A stretch of DNA of 64,000 bases from a bacterium (GCA_963662285.2 CAXXMV010000006.1:1792001-1856000), one strand, 5' to 3'. Numbered from the stretch's first letter, positions 27,351 through 37,985 are shown. Numbers and translations are program-made. Notes: generated by a model not told the origin, from the letters alone.

Positions 27351-27968
27351 TTATGTAATCAAATCCGTTAGGGCTTGAAGGAATTCCTGGATGCCCCGTT
27401 TTTTGGGTACTGAGGTGAGGATGCATGGTTCATCTTGTTGGATATCCAAAACGGCGATAGTGTTTTTGAGAGATTTGGCTATATCGTTTTGTTTGAGTTT
27501 ATCGACTTTGGTGATGATGGTGATGACGGGTATTTTGCTATGTACAATCCATTCCCGCATTTGAATATCAAGGTCGGATGGATCGTGACGGGCGTCGATC
27601 AGATGCAGCATTCCTTTCAAAGGTCGTTGGGTCAAGAAATCCTGCATGGCCTTGCGCCATTCAGATTGAATGGCTTTGCCCGCTTTTGAAAAGCCATATC
27701 CGGGAAGGTCGATCAAATGAAGATGGGCGTCTCCCGGTTCGATGCGCAGGTGAAAGAAATTGATGAGCCGCGTCTTTCCGGGGGTGCTGGAAGTTTTGGC
27801 AAGGTTGCGCCTGTTGCATAGCATATTGATAAGACTTGACTTACCTACGTTAGAACGCCCTGCGATAGCGATTTCGGGCAATTCCTGTTCGGGACACAGT
27901 TTCAGGTTGGGGGCGCTGATGACGAATGATGCTTCGACTACTCTAAGGATATCTTTTGTACTATTCAT
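27351..27968 (-). CDS. engB: Ribosome biogenesis GTPase YihA/YsxC
   Basis: GRSNVGKSSLIN, SSTPGKT, DLPGYG, TKVDK. Confidence 0.96.
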   Translation of the reverse strand: MNSTKDILRVVEASFVISAPNLKLCPEQELPEIAIAGRSNVGKSSLINMLCNRRNLAKTSSTPGKTRLINFFHLRIEPGDAHLHLIDLPGYGFSKAGKAIQSEWRKAMQDFLTQRPLKGMLHLIDARHDPSDLDIQMREWIVHSKIPVITIITKVDKLKQNDIAKSLKNTIAVLDIQQDEPCILTSVPKKRGIQEFLQALTDLIT

Positions 27969-27973
27969 AAGTT

Positions 27974-28894
27974 TTAACTCAAGTATTGTACTTCTCGCTC
28001 CAGGGTAACGCCGAATTTATCTTTGACGCGCCGCGCCATTTCATCGGCCAGATTGTTGACGTCAGCAGCAGTGGCGCCTCCGTAATTTACAATAATATTG
28101 GCATGTTTCTCAAATATTCCAGCTCCGCCAAAACGGAGTGGTTTAACGCCAGCCTCTTCAAGCAGCTTGCCTGCCGGAGTGCGGCGTTCGCCCGGCTGAG
28201 AAGGCGCCAGGTTTTTGAAGAAGGAGCCGGCGCAGGGCAGGTCGATTGATGGATGCTTAAGTTCACGCTCTTCGAGCAGTTTATGGCATGTTTCCATTAA
28301 TTCTACGGGGTCGACAGGCTTAAAGTTTCCCAGTGTAGCATACAGCATGATGCTATTGTGTTTTTTTAGAGAACTGGTTCGGTATTCAATATCAAGTTCC
28401 TTGCTCTGAATCGTTTTAACTGTACCATCATCTTCAAGGATATTAGCATCAATTAAAAACTCGCAAACCAGATGACCATAAGCTCCTGCCCCGCCAGCTA
28501 ATGCGGCGCCGATTGAACCGGGGATTCCGGCTGCGAAACTAAGGTTTCCCCAGCCGCGTTGCGATACTTCAACAACCAGTTGATTAAGATTATAACCGCT
28601 GTCGACTTGAACCGAATAATCGTCGCACCATTCGATTGATGATGTCTTGTTAATAACCACCAATCCAGGCAATCCATCATCACTGATCAACACATTGGAG
28701 CATCCCGCCAGGAAATAGAAAGGGATGTTTATCTTAATCGCCAGCCGTTTCGCTTCAATAATATCATCGGTAGAAGTTGCTTCCAGCAGATACTCTGCCG
28801 GGCCGCCGATTTTGAATGCAGTATAGCAGGCCAGCGTTTTTCCACGCTTAATCCGGTCGCCAAAGCGGGAAAGTATTTTATCTTCTATAGTCAT
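27974..28894 (-). CDS. murB: UDP-N-acetylmuramate dehydrogenase
   Basis: FKIGGPA, SNVL.SD.G, GIPGS.G, AGSFFKN, KHAN..VN.G.ATA, LEREV. Confidence 0.93.
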   Translation of the reverse strand: MTIEDKILSRFGDRIKRGKTLACYTAFKIGGPAEYLLEATSTDDIIEAKRLAIKINIPFYFLAGCSNVLISDDGLPGLVVINKTSSIEWCDDYSVQVDSGYNLNQLVVEVSQRGWGNLSFAAGIPGSIGAALAGGAGAYGHLVCEFLIDANILEDDGTVKTIQSKELDIEYRTSSLKKHNSIMLYATLGNFKPVDPVELMETCHKLLEERELKHPSIDLPCAGSFFKNLAPSQPGERRTPAGKLLEEAGVKPLRFGGAGIFEKHANIIVNYGGATAADVNNLADEMARRVKDKFGVTLEREVQYLS

Positions 28895-28905
28895 AATGAA
28901 TAGTT

Positions 28906-29490
28906 TTATTTCAACAGAATTTTCAACCAGGAGTTCATCAGCCGGTCTTCGCCTTGCAGCAGCAATCCTGGAGAAGTCTTTTTTATCTCTTCGATCAGCA
29001 TGGATAGTTGTTGATCCATACCCTTGAATTCTTTGACGATATATTGCAAAAGAGTAATCGCCGGACCGGTCATGATAAGGGGAATAGGTACACTGAAATC
29101 TTGAGTACTAATGTATAAACGGGATGACGTCAGTGGTTCATCTGGTTTCTCTTTTTCAAATTTGCGTATAACAAGGTGAATATCGTTAATGGTAACATCG
29201 AACAATTCGTTGGTTTCCATAGCGTCTACGGCAGTGAATATAGCCGGAACATCGAAGCCCGATTCCTTGGTTTCTTTGAGATATTTCGATGGAACCGCCT
29301 GCACAATCGCCTTGACCAGATTCAAAGGCATGGTCGCGTAGCCTATTATGGGCGATGCCGCTTTGATCTCTTCCAGTGAACCGCTAAGCCATATTTCTTC
29401 CTGCGCCGCTTCAGAACTGAATGATGCGAAACTAATAATTAGTAATGCTATACCATAAGTAATTATTCTTTTCATACCCCAAGCGATCAT
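28906..29490 (-). CDS. Secreted hypothetical protein
   Basis: AAGGGG RBS before ATG 29490 (alternative 29475); signal peptide MKRIITYGIALLIISFASFSSEA. Confidence 0.7.
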   Translation of the reverse strand: MIAWGMKRIITYGIALLIISFASFSSEAAQEEIWLSGSLEEIKAASPIIGYATMPLNLVKAIVQAVPSKYLKETKESGFDVPAIFTAVDAMETNELFDVTINDIHLVIRKFEKEKPDEPLTSSRLYISTQDFSVPIPLIMTGPAITLLQYIVKEFKGMDQQLSMLIEEIKKTSPGLLLQGEDRLMNSWLKILLK

Positions 29491-29596
29491 GTTTATCCCC
29501 TTTGAGGAAAATTGTGTATTCGGAATGGCCGAATTTGAATAATCCGGGCAGTGATATTCACCGCCCGGAGGTGCATCGCTTGTAATATCCTGATGT

Positions 29597-30193
29597 TTAC
29601 CAACCTTTAATGATTGGTTCCAGGCGGCCAAAGATTTCATCAATCCCGCCTAAACCTTCAATGGCGATCAGTTGACCTTTTTCTTTGAAATAATCTTCCA
29701 GAGGAGCGGTTTTTTCCTGATAGACGCGCATACGCTCGCGGATAATATCTTCGGTATCGTCGGCGCGTTTTTCAATTACAGCGCGTTTAAGAAGTCTTTG
29801 CACCAGTTCTTCCTGGTTGACTTGCAGGCTGACGCAGCCAGTGAAACGCAGTTCCAGTTCATTAAGTATGCCTTCCAGCATAGCCGCCTGACCCAGTGTG
29901 CGGGGAAAACCGTCAAGAATAACGCCTTGAGGATCAGTTGCTTCGTCAATGATAGATTTCAACTGAGGAACCAGCATATTGCGGATAGTATCATCTGGAA
30001 CCAGTTCGCCTTTTTCCATCAATTCTTTGGCTTTCAAAGCGTTGGGATCATCTTTAGCGAGAGCAGCGCGAAAGATATCGCCAGTGCTGACGTGGAGATA
30101 ATTGAGCCGTTCTTTGATCAATGCCGCCTGAGTACCTTTACCGCATCCCGGAGGGCCAAAAATAGTAAAGGCCGGAATGGACTGATTAGTCAT
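29597..30193 (-). CDS. adk: Adenylate kinase (short, LID-less type)
   Basis: GPPGCGKGTQA, STGDIFR, GELVPD, LDGFPRT, R.DD. Confidence 0.96.
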   Translation of the reverse strand: MTNQSIPAFTIFGPPGCGKGTQAALIKERLNYLHVSTGDIFRAALAKDDPNALKAKELMEKGELVPDDTIRNMLVPQLKSIIDEATDPQGVILDGFPRTLGQAAMLEGILNELELRFTGCVSLQVNQEELVQRLLKRAVIEKRADDTEDIIRERMRVYQEKTAPLEDYFKEKGQLIAIEGLGGIDEIFGRLEPIIKGW

Positions 30194-30404
30194 GAAAATA
30201 ATTCCTTTCAACAAAAAAAGTATGTAAATTATACCGCCCTGTATGAGGGATATGTATTTTTGAGCAGCACTATATTAAATGCTTGATATATTTTAAGAAC
30301 AGATGCTTAATAGGAAAGGGGGGAGTGATTTCACTCGCTTTTGAGTTTCCCCGTGTCTACTGTATAATACCTCGAATATTATATTTGACGTTAATATTCA
30401 AAGG

Positions 30405-31361
30405 ATGATTCAAATGGAATCTAAATTATCCCAGACTGAGGGATTCTCTTTTGCCCGGACAATAGAAGGCCGCGCCATATTAGTGTCGTTAGTAATTGGT
30501 TTGATTATAGTTATAATAAAAACCAGTGCTTATTTAACCTCCGGTTCAATGGCGGTTATGGCTGATATGCTGGAGTCGTGCGTCCATAATTTAGCCATTC
30601 TATTCGTGGCCTATTGCCTATGGTTCAGTCACCGTCCAGCCGATGATAACCACCTTTATGGTCATGGAAAGAGCCAGTTTTTATCTGCAGCGGTTGAAGG
30701 AGCGTTTGTTTGCGGGGCGGCTTTGTTGATTATTATCAACTGCGGTAAAGCCTATTGGGTTGGATATTCATTACTGAATGTCTCGCAGGGTGCAGGTTTA
30801 TCGGCTTTGGCCGGTGTTATTAATGCAATATTGGGCGCCTGGATGATCCATACAGGGAAACGGCAAAATGCAATTATACTGGTTGCGCATGGTAAGCATG
30901 TTATGTCTGACGTGATTACCACAGCCGCTGCTATGGCAGGATTGTTGGTCGCCTGGATAACCAATTTGATCTACATAGACCTGATCGTCGCTTTGCTGGG
31001 AGGTCTATACATATTCTATGAAGGATTAAAATTACTCAGGCAATCAATAGCCGGATTGCTTGATGAAGCCAATATGGAAGTTGACCGGAAATTACGCAAG
31101 ATTTTGAAAGATGAATCAATCGAACATCTGGTCAGTTATCATCAATTACGGCATCGTTCAGAGGGCAATAAACATTGGATGGAACTCCATCTGGTAATGG
31201 ATGACGACCTGGCTCTTCAAGAAGCGCATGACTTGGCGTCGCATATCGAGTCGGTGATTCGTTCTTCAATATCTGAACCAATTACCATAACAACCCATCT
31301 TGAACCAAAATCGTCATTGAAAGAAACTTTCGTTAAAAATGAATTAAAAACTGCAGAATAG
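30405..31361 (+). CDS. Cation diffusion facilitator (FieF-like) transporter
   Basis: PADDNHLYGHGK, H..SD, six TMs, C-terminal AHD.AS.IE…THLEP. Confidence 0.9.
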   Translation: MIQMESKLSQTEGFSFARTIEGRAILVSLVIGLIIVIIKTSAYLTSGSMAVMADMLESCVHNLAILFVAYCLWFSHRPADDNHLYGHGKSQFLSAAVEGAFVCGAALLIIINCGKAYWVGYSLLNVSQGAGLSALAGVINAILGAWMIHTGKRQNAIILVAHGKHVMSDVITTAAAMAGLLVAWITNLIYIDLIVALLGGLYIFYEGLKLLRQSIAGLLDEANMEVDRKLRKILKDESIEHLVSYHQLRHRSEGNKHWMELHLVMDDDLALQEAHDLASHIESVIRSSISEPITITTHLEPKSSLKETFVKNELKTAE

Positions 31362-31370
31362 AGGCGTTCG

Positions 31371-31733
31371 ATGGAAAATACTAAAAGATATACTGTTAGA
31401 AGAGTTTCTGAAACCGAAAAAGAGCGCAGCACATGCGGCTGGCGTCAAAGACTTTTTACGACTGGTGATGACACGCCCCTTTTTGCTCATCTGGTTAAAA
31501 TTCAGGATTCCAAGGCTCATTATCATAAACGGGCCACTGAATTTTATTATGTTATGGAAGGCGATGGAGTCATGATGGTTGATGGCGAATCGTTTGATAT
31601 CGGGCCGGGAACCATTGTTAAACTTGATCCATTATCAGTTCATTCATCCAAGGGAGACCTGTTGGTATTGGTTATTGGAGTTCCCGATATCCTGGAAGAT
31701 GATATTTTCTTCCCAGAAAGCGAATCATGCTAA
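31371..31733 (+). CDS. Cupin domain protein
   Basis: HYHKRATEFYYV..G.G…H cupin motif. Confidence 0.85.
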   Translation: MENTKRYTVRRVSETEKERSTCGWRQRLFTTGDDTPLFAHLVKIQDSKAHYHKRATEFYYVMEGDGVMMVDGESFDIGPGTIVKLDPLSVHSSKGDLLVLVIGVPDILEDDIFFPESESC

Positions 31734-31866
31734 TTCTATACCTACACCAAATGCGATAAACTTATTTTATTTAGCTATAGCCTTTATATTTCATCATGAT
31801 TATAGTATTTTAATAGTATATTATTAGAAATTTTTTATTAGACGGAAGTATATAAGGGAAGGTACA

Positions 31867-32445
31867 ATGAACAGACGAAGAGGATTTACGTTAATTGAGT
31901 TATTGATTGTTGTGGCTATTATCGGAATATTGGCGGCGATAGCGGTTCCCAATTTTTTGAACGCACAGGTAAGAGCCAAACTGGCTAACTGCGTATCTGA
32001 TATGCGGGCGTTGGACACGGCGCTAGAAATGTACCGTATGGATAACAGCCATTATCCATTCTGGCGGGATTCAGCCGGAACCAATATCAATCCGGTCAAC
32101 CGTAGATTAATCCCACTTACCTCTCCCATGTCATACATGAGCGCCGTTCCCCAGGATCCGTTCATCTATGGCGCTCCAGGCGCTCGTTTGGACGATTCAC
32201 AGCATGAAGCTTATGTTACATACGATTATGTCGAAGCCGATTCAGCCAGACGACTGGGCGTCACTTCGCTGGGTGCAGGCTGGAGATGCGGCACGTGGCG
32301 TCTCAATGGATATGGTCCTGATGGAACTAATAATACTGGAACAGTTACCTATCAAGCTTCCAATGGCTTGCGCAGCGTTGGCGATGTCATTCGCTTGGGA
32401 CCACGGGCGAGTCTCCCCTGTGATGATTCAATGGTCAACAGGTAA
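31867..32445 (+). CDS. Prepilin-type (type IV pilin / T2SS pseudopilin-like) protein
   Basis: RRG|FTLIELLIVVAIIGILAAIAVP class III signal; DPF and GPD motifs. Confidence 0.92.
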   Translation: MNRRRGFTLIELLIVVAIIGILAAIAVPNFLNAQVRAKLANCVSDMRALDTALEMYRMDNSHYPFWRDSAGTNINPVNRRLIPLTSPMSYMSAVPQDPFIYGAPGARLDDSQHEAYVTYDYVEADSARRLGVTSLGAGWRCGTWRLNGYGPDGTNNTGTVTYQASNGLRSVGDVIRLGPRASLPCDDSMVNR

Positions 32446-32472
32446 TAATAGATTTACTGATATAATTATCTT

Positions 32473-32514
32473 AAACGGGTGGGCTTGCGTTTAGCGCAGT
32501 CCACCCGTTTTTTT
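32473..32514 (+). terminator. Rho-independent terminator
   Basis: ACGGGTGGGC…GTCCACCCGT + T run after the pilin gene. Confidence 0.8.
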
Positions 32515-32613
32515 ATATGCGGCTGTAATAAAAATGCATTAGTGCGTCCATCAAAATGCTTATCCTCGAATATCACTATACGCAATATTATGAAAATAAT
32601 TATCCCTTTTTAT

Positions 32614-32658
32614 AAAAAAAACCCGCCGCCGGGAGGTAACTGGCTTCCGGCGGCGGGT
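32614..32658 (-). terminator. Rho-independent terminator
   Basis: ACCCGCCGCCGG…CCGGCGGCGGGT stem with U run on the minus strand. Confidence 0.8.
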
Positions 32659-32685
32659 GAATCATCTTTTGACTATAGTTTCAAG

Positions 32686-33342
32686 TCATTGATCTTTACT
32701 CGATTCGTTATCGCTGGGCTTCTCTTTAGGTGCATCATCAAATTCAAAATACTTATGATCATAGGGTGGAAGAATGATATCCGAATCATCCTTGGTTGAT
32801 GGATTCTCATTCAAGATTTTGATTTGGATTGAATTTGTCTTAGGGTTGGAAGCAGTGCTAGTTTTATAATCCAAACAAGCAAAACTGGCTGAGATTATAT
32901 AATCTCCACTCATAGACATATCGTACATTCGGTCAATCTGAAATTTCTTGGTATACGTATCATCAGGTTTGAATTTCAAGAAATGTCCAGACAAACTTCC
33001 TGGGATTAGATTCTTGTACAATGCCCACCCATAACTAGTTACATTGGATACTTTGTTTTCTGAATTGTTTTTGACAGAAAAAGTGAATTGATCTTCTCCA
33101 AAAGAAGGAGGCAGAAAAAACGTCATTGTTGAATCCGTGATGTTAGTTGCCGTTATCGAAAGTATGATCGGTTCGCATGGCGTATAAACATCTTTATCGG
33201 AGGTTAACAATAACTCAACTTGCTTATCATCACTCACTGCCTTTTTTTCTGTTTTGGTTGATTTGAATTCAGCAGAAAAAATGAGTAATGGAATAAACAT
33301 GAATAATGATTGGATAAATATTAACGATTTTATTTTTGACAT
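32686..33342 (-). CDS. Secreted Ig-like hypothetical protein
   Basis: Signal peptide; SDK.VY…EPI.LSITATN…YDMS..G.Y.I.A beta-sandwich pattern. Confidence 0.7.
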   Translation of the reverse strand: MSKIKSLIFIQSLFMFIPLLIFSAEFKSTKTEKKAVSDDKQVELLLTSDKDVYTPCEPIILSITATNITDSTMTFFLPPSFGEDQFTFSVKNNSENKVSNVTSYGWALYKNLIPGSLSGHFLKFKPDDTYTKKFQIDRMYDMSMSGDYIISASFACLDYKTSTASNPKTNSIQIKILNENPSTKDDSDIILPPYDHKYFEFDDAPKEKPSDNESSKDQ

Positions 33343-33360
33343 TACTAGTCTTCTCCTTTA

Positions 33361-34752
33361 TTATAATTTACACCCATCCCAAATTGGAAAGGAAAATGTA
33401 TCTACTCCAGTTGGGTTGATAGTGAATTGCCTTGCTATTTGAGTCCATGGTGCTGTTACTATTGCTTTCCATTGCCAATTTAAGCGACGGATTGGTACAT
33501 AAATTGAGTTTGCTGAAGTTGGTTTGAACATCAACCATAAACTAAAATTATCATCAACACATATACCATCATATATATTAGTATCTGCGTCTTGAAAAGG
33601 GGAATCTGATAGATGAGGATATGGTATTGCTTTATCCAGCATATTGGTTATTGTACCACTTGTATATTCATTTGAACCTATCGGTTTTTTTCCGCGAGTT
33701 GAACTGATGATAGTTTGTATGAAAGATAAATTACCATCAGCACCATTTGACATAGAATTTGAAAGATTGTATGAAATACCTGCTTGAACGGGTGCATTAT
33801 TTCCAAATACTAATCTTCTCACTTGTCCATTTGGAATAACGATTATCGTAGAAGTTATTGATGTCAAATCCGCAGATGGCCGTTTAACATCACAATATGC
33901 TTCAATTCCAAAAGCTCTATTGCCAAGTTCAACTACGTACGTGACTTGTTGATCTTCTCCGCCGTTTACCCAATAATAATTGACTGATGTGTTCTCTAAA
34001 TCCGCAGGTTCGAGAGGAACTACACGGCCTTCCGTAGTATCAGCAATATAATTCTTGACCTTTTTGGTTCCTTGAATCGTCCATTGGTTAGAAGAAACAA
34101 AAGCATTTGCAGCGCTCGGTTCGACTGTACCCGTCAGACTGATTTTCTCGCCGACTGAGACAGTTGGATCATTCGATACTATTGAAACTCCATTACGTTT
34201 GATATCCACTTTCACGACATAGACATCCATGTGAACAGTTGAGTAGTTGTGGATGACATACGATCCATACCCATCTTTCTCGCAATTCCAGCCGGTGTGA
34301 GTTCCCTGTACATAACCTGCAAGAGCTTGCTGGTCATTGTAATTAACCGTAAAAGTATTCAAGAGTCTGGTTCCGCTACCACCACTATTTGTGAAAGTGC
34401 TGTCTTTAGCAGTGCAATCTCCACACTCCGTTGAAGCCGTTCCATACGAATAATCAAACTGTGTTACAAATGGTAAATAATTATTGTTATTAAAAGGATC
34501 TATTACTTGACCAATTAGAATGTACTTAACGGTATGAGGAACTGAATAGTAATCCAAATATACGTTTTCACTTAATTCTGATTGTGCGATAATATAACCG
34601 CCTTTTTCCGCCCACATTACATATCTATCCGGCGTGTCGCAATCGGGCGGCGGCGCGCAGGCGTTAATTGATGATACGCCAAAAGCAATAATTATAAAGA
34701 AGGGAATTATTGCAAGTAGTGGTTTTCTTATATTGATGTTATCTATAAACAT
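33361..34752 (-). CDS. Secreted/lipoprotein beta-rich hypothetical protein
   Basis: Hydrophobic signal followed by INAC; Cys-containing N region; C-terminal DSP…WLMFKP…YVP..LNWQW…FPIW. Confidence 0.7.
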   Translation of the reverse strand: MFIDNINIRKPLLAIIPFFIIIAFGVSSINACAPPPDCDTPDRYVMWAEKGGYIIAQSELSENVYLDYYSVPHTVKYILIGQVIDPFNNNNYLPFVTQFDYSYGTASTECGDCTAKDSTFTNSGGSGTRLLNTFTVNYNDQQALAGYVQGTHTGWNCEKDGYGSYVIHNYSTVHMDVYVVKVDIKRNGVSIVSNDPTVSVGEKISLTGTVEPSAANAFVSSNQWTIQGTKKVKNYIADTTEGRVVPLEPADLENTSVNYYWVNGGEDQQVTYVVELGNRAFGIEAYCDVKRPSADLTSITSTIIVIPNGQVRRLVFGNNAPVQAGISYNLSNSMSNGADGNLSFIQTIISSTRGKKPIGSNEYTSGTITNMLDKAIPYPHLSDSPFQDADTNIYDGICVDDNFSLWLMFKPTSANSIYVPIRRLNWQWKAIVTAPWTQIARQFTINPTGVDTFSFPIWDGCKL

Positions 34753-34770
34753 AGTTGTTTTCTCCTTTGG

Positions 34771-35583
34771 TTAGTTAGATTGTTGATCCCTACGCTTTTG
34801 GATCTCATCTTGCCGTCTCTGTAATCTTTCTTCCCGTGTTTCGTTTTTGCGTCTCTCTTTCATAGATTTGTACTCATCATCCATCCGTTTGTACTCTTCC
34901 ATTTTGGAGATGGATTGTTCCATGCCTTGGGCCATATCGAGACACTGCTTGAATTCGGGTGTGGGGTGTGGCGGGATCAAAGCGTAGACCTGTTTTAGAG
35001 CTTCACGGGCTTCATTATACCTAGCGGTCATTGACAGATATTTGGCTTTGAGGCGGAGAACGTGAGGCATGATCTCATCATAAGGCGCATTCTCAAGGAT
35101 ATCGTTCAGGTAATCCAACGCTAAGGCGACGTCGCGGCCTCCGGGGTTATTCTTCGACGCGGTATAAACCGCCTTGCTCATCAGAGCGCTGGCGCCGGTG
35201 ATGGTATGGGGATAATAGTCCTGGAACAGTTGATCCCAGATTATCACGGCGTTCTGCCAATCGAATTTCCAGGAAAGGCTGTGGGCGTGCAGTTCAAGAA
35301 CGTGGGCGTAGAGGTCGGCGGGCATCTTGGCTTTCATTAGCGGATTGCTCTGCACTTCGGCATTGAGTCGCGCGCGGATTTTCTCATCTTCAAACATCTC
35401 GCTATTCAAGAGATACTCTGTTACCTCGCATATCTTGTGGCGCATATTTACGAGCCGTTCAAAATAATATGCGATGCGCAGAATGCGTCCTAAAGCATGT
35501 CCTGGGTCTTCGGCGTTGCGCTCGTAAAAGAGTTCGTCTTGCTTGTAATTGATTCTAGTGGATAGAAATAAAACACATTTCAC
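34771..35583 (-). CDS. TPR-like helical protein (possibly 5'-truncated)
   Basis: Helical repeats with A/Y/L pattern, charged coiled tail; GC-rich body with AT-rich first codons. Confidence 0.55.
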   Translation of the reverse strand: MKCVLFLSTRINYKQDELFYERNAEDPGHALGRILRIAYYFERLVNMRHKICEVTEYLLNSEMFEDEKIRARLNAEVQSNPLMKAKMPADLYAHVLELHAHSLSWKFDWQNAVIIWDQLFQDYYPHTITGASALMSKAVYTASKNNPGGRDVALALDYLNDILENAPYDEIMPHVLRLKAKYLSMTARYNEAREALKQVYALIPPHPTPEFKQCLDMAQGMEQSISKMEEYKRMDDEYKSMKERRKNETREERLQRRQDEIQKRRDQQSN

Positions 35584-35946
35584 CCCTCCCTAATGATATA
35601 TGCAAGTCACTGTGCTTTATGTTTTAAAAAAAGCATGTAATTTTATAAGCTTCAAGTAAGAATTGTAATTTAAATCAAAATATCAAAATAACTGTTATGT
35701 TATAACATTATAATATTTATTTATAAGTATATGATAAATGCATATATTAAGCGTAGTTGTAGTAAACAAATATATTTATAGTATATCGAATGAACATTAT
35801 AGCATCTATTTATTAATGCATATTCAGCTGGAGGTGGGTAGAGAATAATTAAAAATATAGCGTAGTTTTACACGTAACTGTAAAATCTCCGTTATATATG
35901 TTAAGTTATTGGATGTTATACATTATTTAATTAAGGAGATATTAGA

Positions 35947-36498
35947 ATGAAATCTTATCGAGTATGGAATGCAAGAACAGTTTTTGTTTTGGGATTAATT
36001 ATAGTATGCATAGGCGCAACCAGCGTTTTTGCCCAAGAGCCTGAACCGCCATTCACCTGGAAAGGCGAGGGGACAGCCTTGATTGTAGGCGAAGAAGGGA
36101 TTAAAGAGATTTCTTTCACCGCCAAAGTGGATGTTGATTCTGATGGTTGGGTTAATGGAAAATTATGTGATGGTGATGATTGCGCCACAATAGAAAGAGT
36201 TTACTATGCTCCGTTTATAGAAGGCGCCCAGAAACTCTACATCGTTCTATCGGTTAAAGATGGTGAAAAAGATAAACTTGTGTTGCTTGATTGCCGTATG
36301 ATTGCTGGAATGTTATTGTATGGCGAAATCTTAATTAAAGACTTCGTTAAAGAGGGAGAGATCGAAAAAGGTCTAAGCATCGGCGATAAAGTCGCTCAGG
36401 AGATTTATGAAGACTATATGCCTACCGGATTAAAGAAGGCGCTAAAGGCTTTCAAACCATGCGGAGCGATGGCCATAAAAGGCAATTTCGTGAAATAA
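35947..36498 (+). CDS. Secreted hypothetical protein
   Basis: AAGGAG RBS; signal peptide ending VFA. Confidence 0.75.
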   Translation: MKSYRVWNARTVFVLGLIIVCIGATSVFAQEPEPPFTWKGEGTALIVGEEGIKEISFTAKVDVDSDGWVNGKLCDGDDCATIERVYYAPFIEGAQKLYIVLSVKDGEKDKLVLLDCRMIAGMLLYGEILIKDFVKEGEIEKGLSIGDKVAQEIYEDYMPTGLKKALKAFKPCGAMAIKGNFVK

Positions 36499-36533
36499 TG
36501 ATAAATTGACCCATTATTATAATGTCAAATATC

Positions 36534-36573
36534 GGCCCGGTTATGAGACTCCTTCTCATAACCGGGCCTTTTT
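36534..36573 (+). terminator. Rho-independent terminator
   Basis: GGCCCGGTTATGAGA…TCTCATAACCGGGCC + TTTTT. Confidence 0.85.
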
Positions 36574-36782
36574 GTATTTTTCCTTAAAATTGGGCGAAAA
36601 ACGATTTTGATCAGTGACAAACTTAATAATTATTCGAATCAAATATTTTCTCCTAAACATATTTCAGTAAAACAACCATTTATGCTATTATGTTAGGGAT
36701 TGATAATCTAAATATTTATTAAAGAAACAATTCTAAACTTAATATTGGCGGTGGAAGCAATAATCGCTGGTCTGTTGGTATA

Positions 36783-37034
36783 ATGATCGATTACAGTAAG
36801 TTTTTTTCAAATTATAAATGCCCTAAATGTTTAGGGAAAACCTGCATCACTTCCGAGACATCAATCGGGAGTCTTCACCGGCGCCTCTTTTTCCGGACTC
36901 ATGATGATCGGTATCTGGTGGCTACATGCGCATTATGCGGCTATAGCGAATTGTATAGCTTAAAAGTTCTCGCCGCTGGAAAGAGCGAGATTCCCGCCAA
37001 AAAAACCAATCCGGCTATCGAAAATGCTGAATAA
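36783..37034 (+). CDS. Zinc-ribbon protein (DUF2082-like)
   Basis: YKCPKC…C..CGYSELY. Confidence 0.75.
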   Translation: MIDYSKFFSNYKCPKCLGKTCITSETSIGSLHRRLFFRTHDDRYLVATCALCGYSELYSLKVLAAGKSEIPAKKTNPAIENAE

Positions 37035-37064
37035 AATAAGCCTTAATAAAATGGAGTTGGATAT

Positions 37065-37985
37065 ATGAAATATAGAACAACCTTGCTATGCCTGCTTTTA
37101 TTAGCAGGATCAACTGCCTGTCAAAAGAAACAAGATAGCATTAATACTCCACTTTCTGATATTAAGAGCATCAATACTCCTGTCCATGAACCTGAATTGA
37201 TTGCATTGAATGATATCAAGTCTCTTGATGAAAAATCTGTAGCGCGAATCGATGATAAAGATTTGGAAGAATTATCAGGTATGACTATCGCTATGCAGAA
37301 AAATCAGTTCTGGGGACATAACGATAAAGGCAATGATTCAGAGTTGTTTCGTTTCGATCTTGATGGCAAAGTGCTCCAAAAAGTAAAACTCAAAGGCGTT
37401 AAAAATGATGATTGGGAAGCCATCGAGCGTGATAATAAGGGTAATCTGTATATCGGTGGTATTGGCGACAACGAAGAAAAGAGAAAAGTCTACCGGATTC
37501 ATAAAATAAAAGAACCAATTGTTACAGCCAAAAAGATTGAAGAAATAGAAACGTACTCTTTCTTTTATGCTGACCATAAATCTCATAATTGCGAGGCGTT
37601 TTTTATTTTCAATGATATTTTCTATTTGATCACCAAAGTTGATAACAAGCGTAAATCCACCCAGCCGGAAATATACCGTTTAGAAAACCTAAAAGAAAAC
37701 CTAATCAATACTGCGGATAGAATAGGAACATTTAGTATTGGTGGAGAGGTTACCGATGCAATGTATTTGGATGCTTATAAATGCTTGCTTGTTCTTACAT
37801 ATTCAAAAATCGCTTTATATAGCGTCGAACAAGAGACCGATCTTCTATCAAAACCCATTTCCGTAATTGATATCGATTTTGGTCAATGCGAAGCAATCGG
37901 TTTTAATGGAAGTGATATTGTAATCACCAATGAGAAGGGTGAAATATGGAAATACGGTATTGATCGTTTTATAATTAAAAAATGA
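37065..37985 (+). CDS. Lipoprotein with beta-propeller-like domain
   Basis: Lipobox STAC; ELSG, WGHNDKG, DWEAI, GGIGDN, NCEA, QCEAI…ITNE repeats. Confidence 0.75.
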   Translation: MKYRTTLLCLLLLAGSTACQKKQDSINTPLSDIKSINTPVHEPELIALNDIKSLDEKSVARIDDKDLEELSGMTIAMQKNQFWGHNDKGNDSELFRFDLDGKVLQKVKLKGVKNDDWEAIERDNKGNLYIGGIGDNEEKRKVYRIHKIKEPIVTAKKIEEIETYSFFYADHKSHNCEAFFIFNDIFYLITKVDNKRKSTQPEIYRLENLKENLINTADRIGTFSIGGEVTDAMYLDAYKCLLVLTYSKIALYSVEQETDLLSKPISVIDIDFGQCEAIGFNGSDIVITNEKGEIWKYGIDRFIIKK

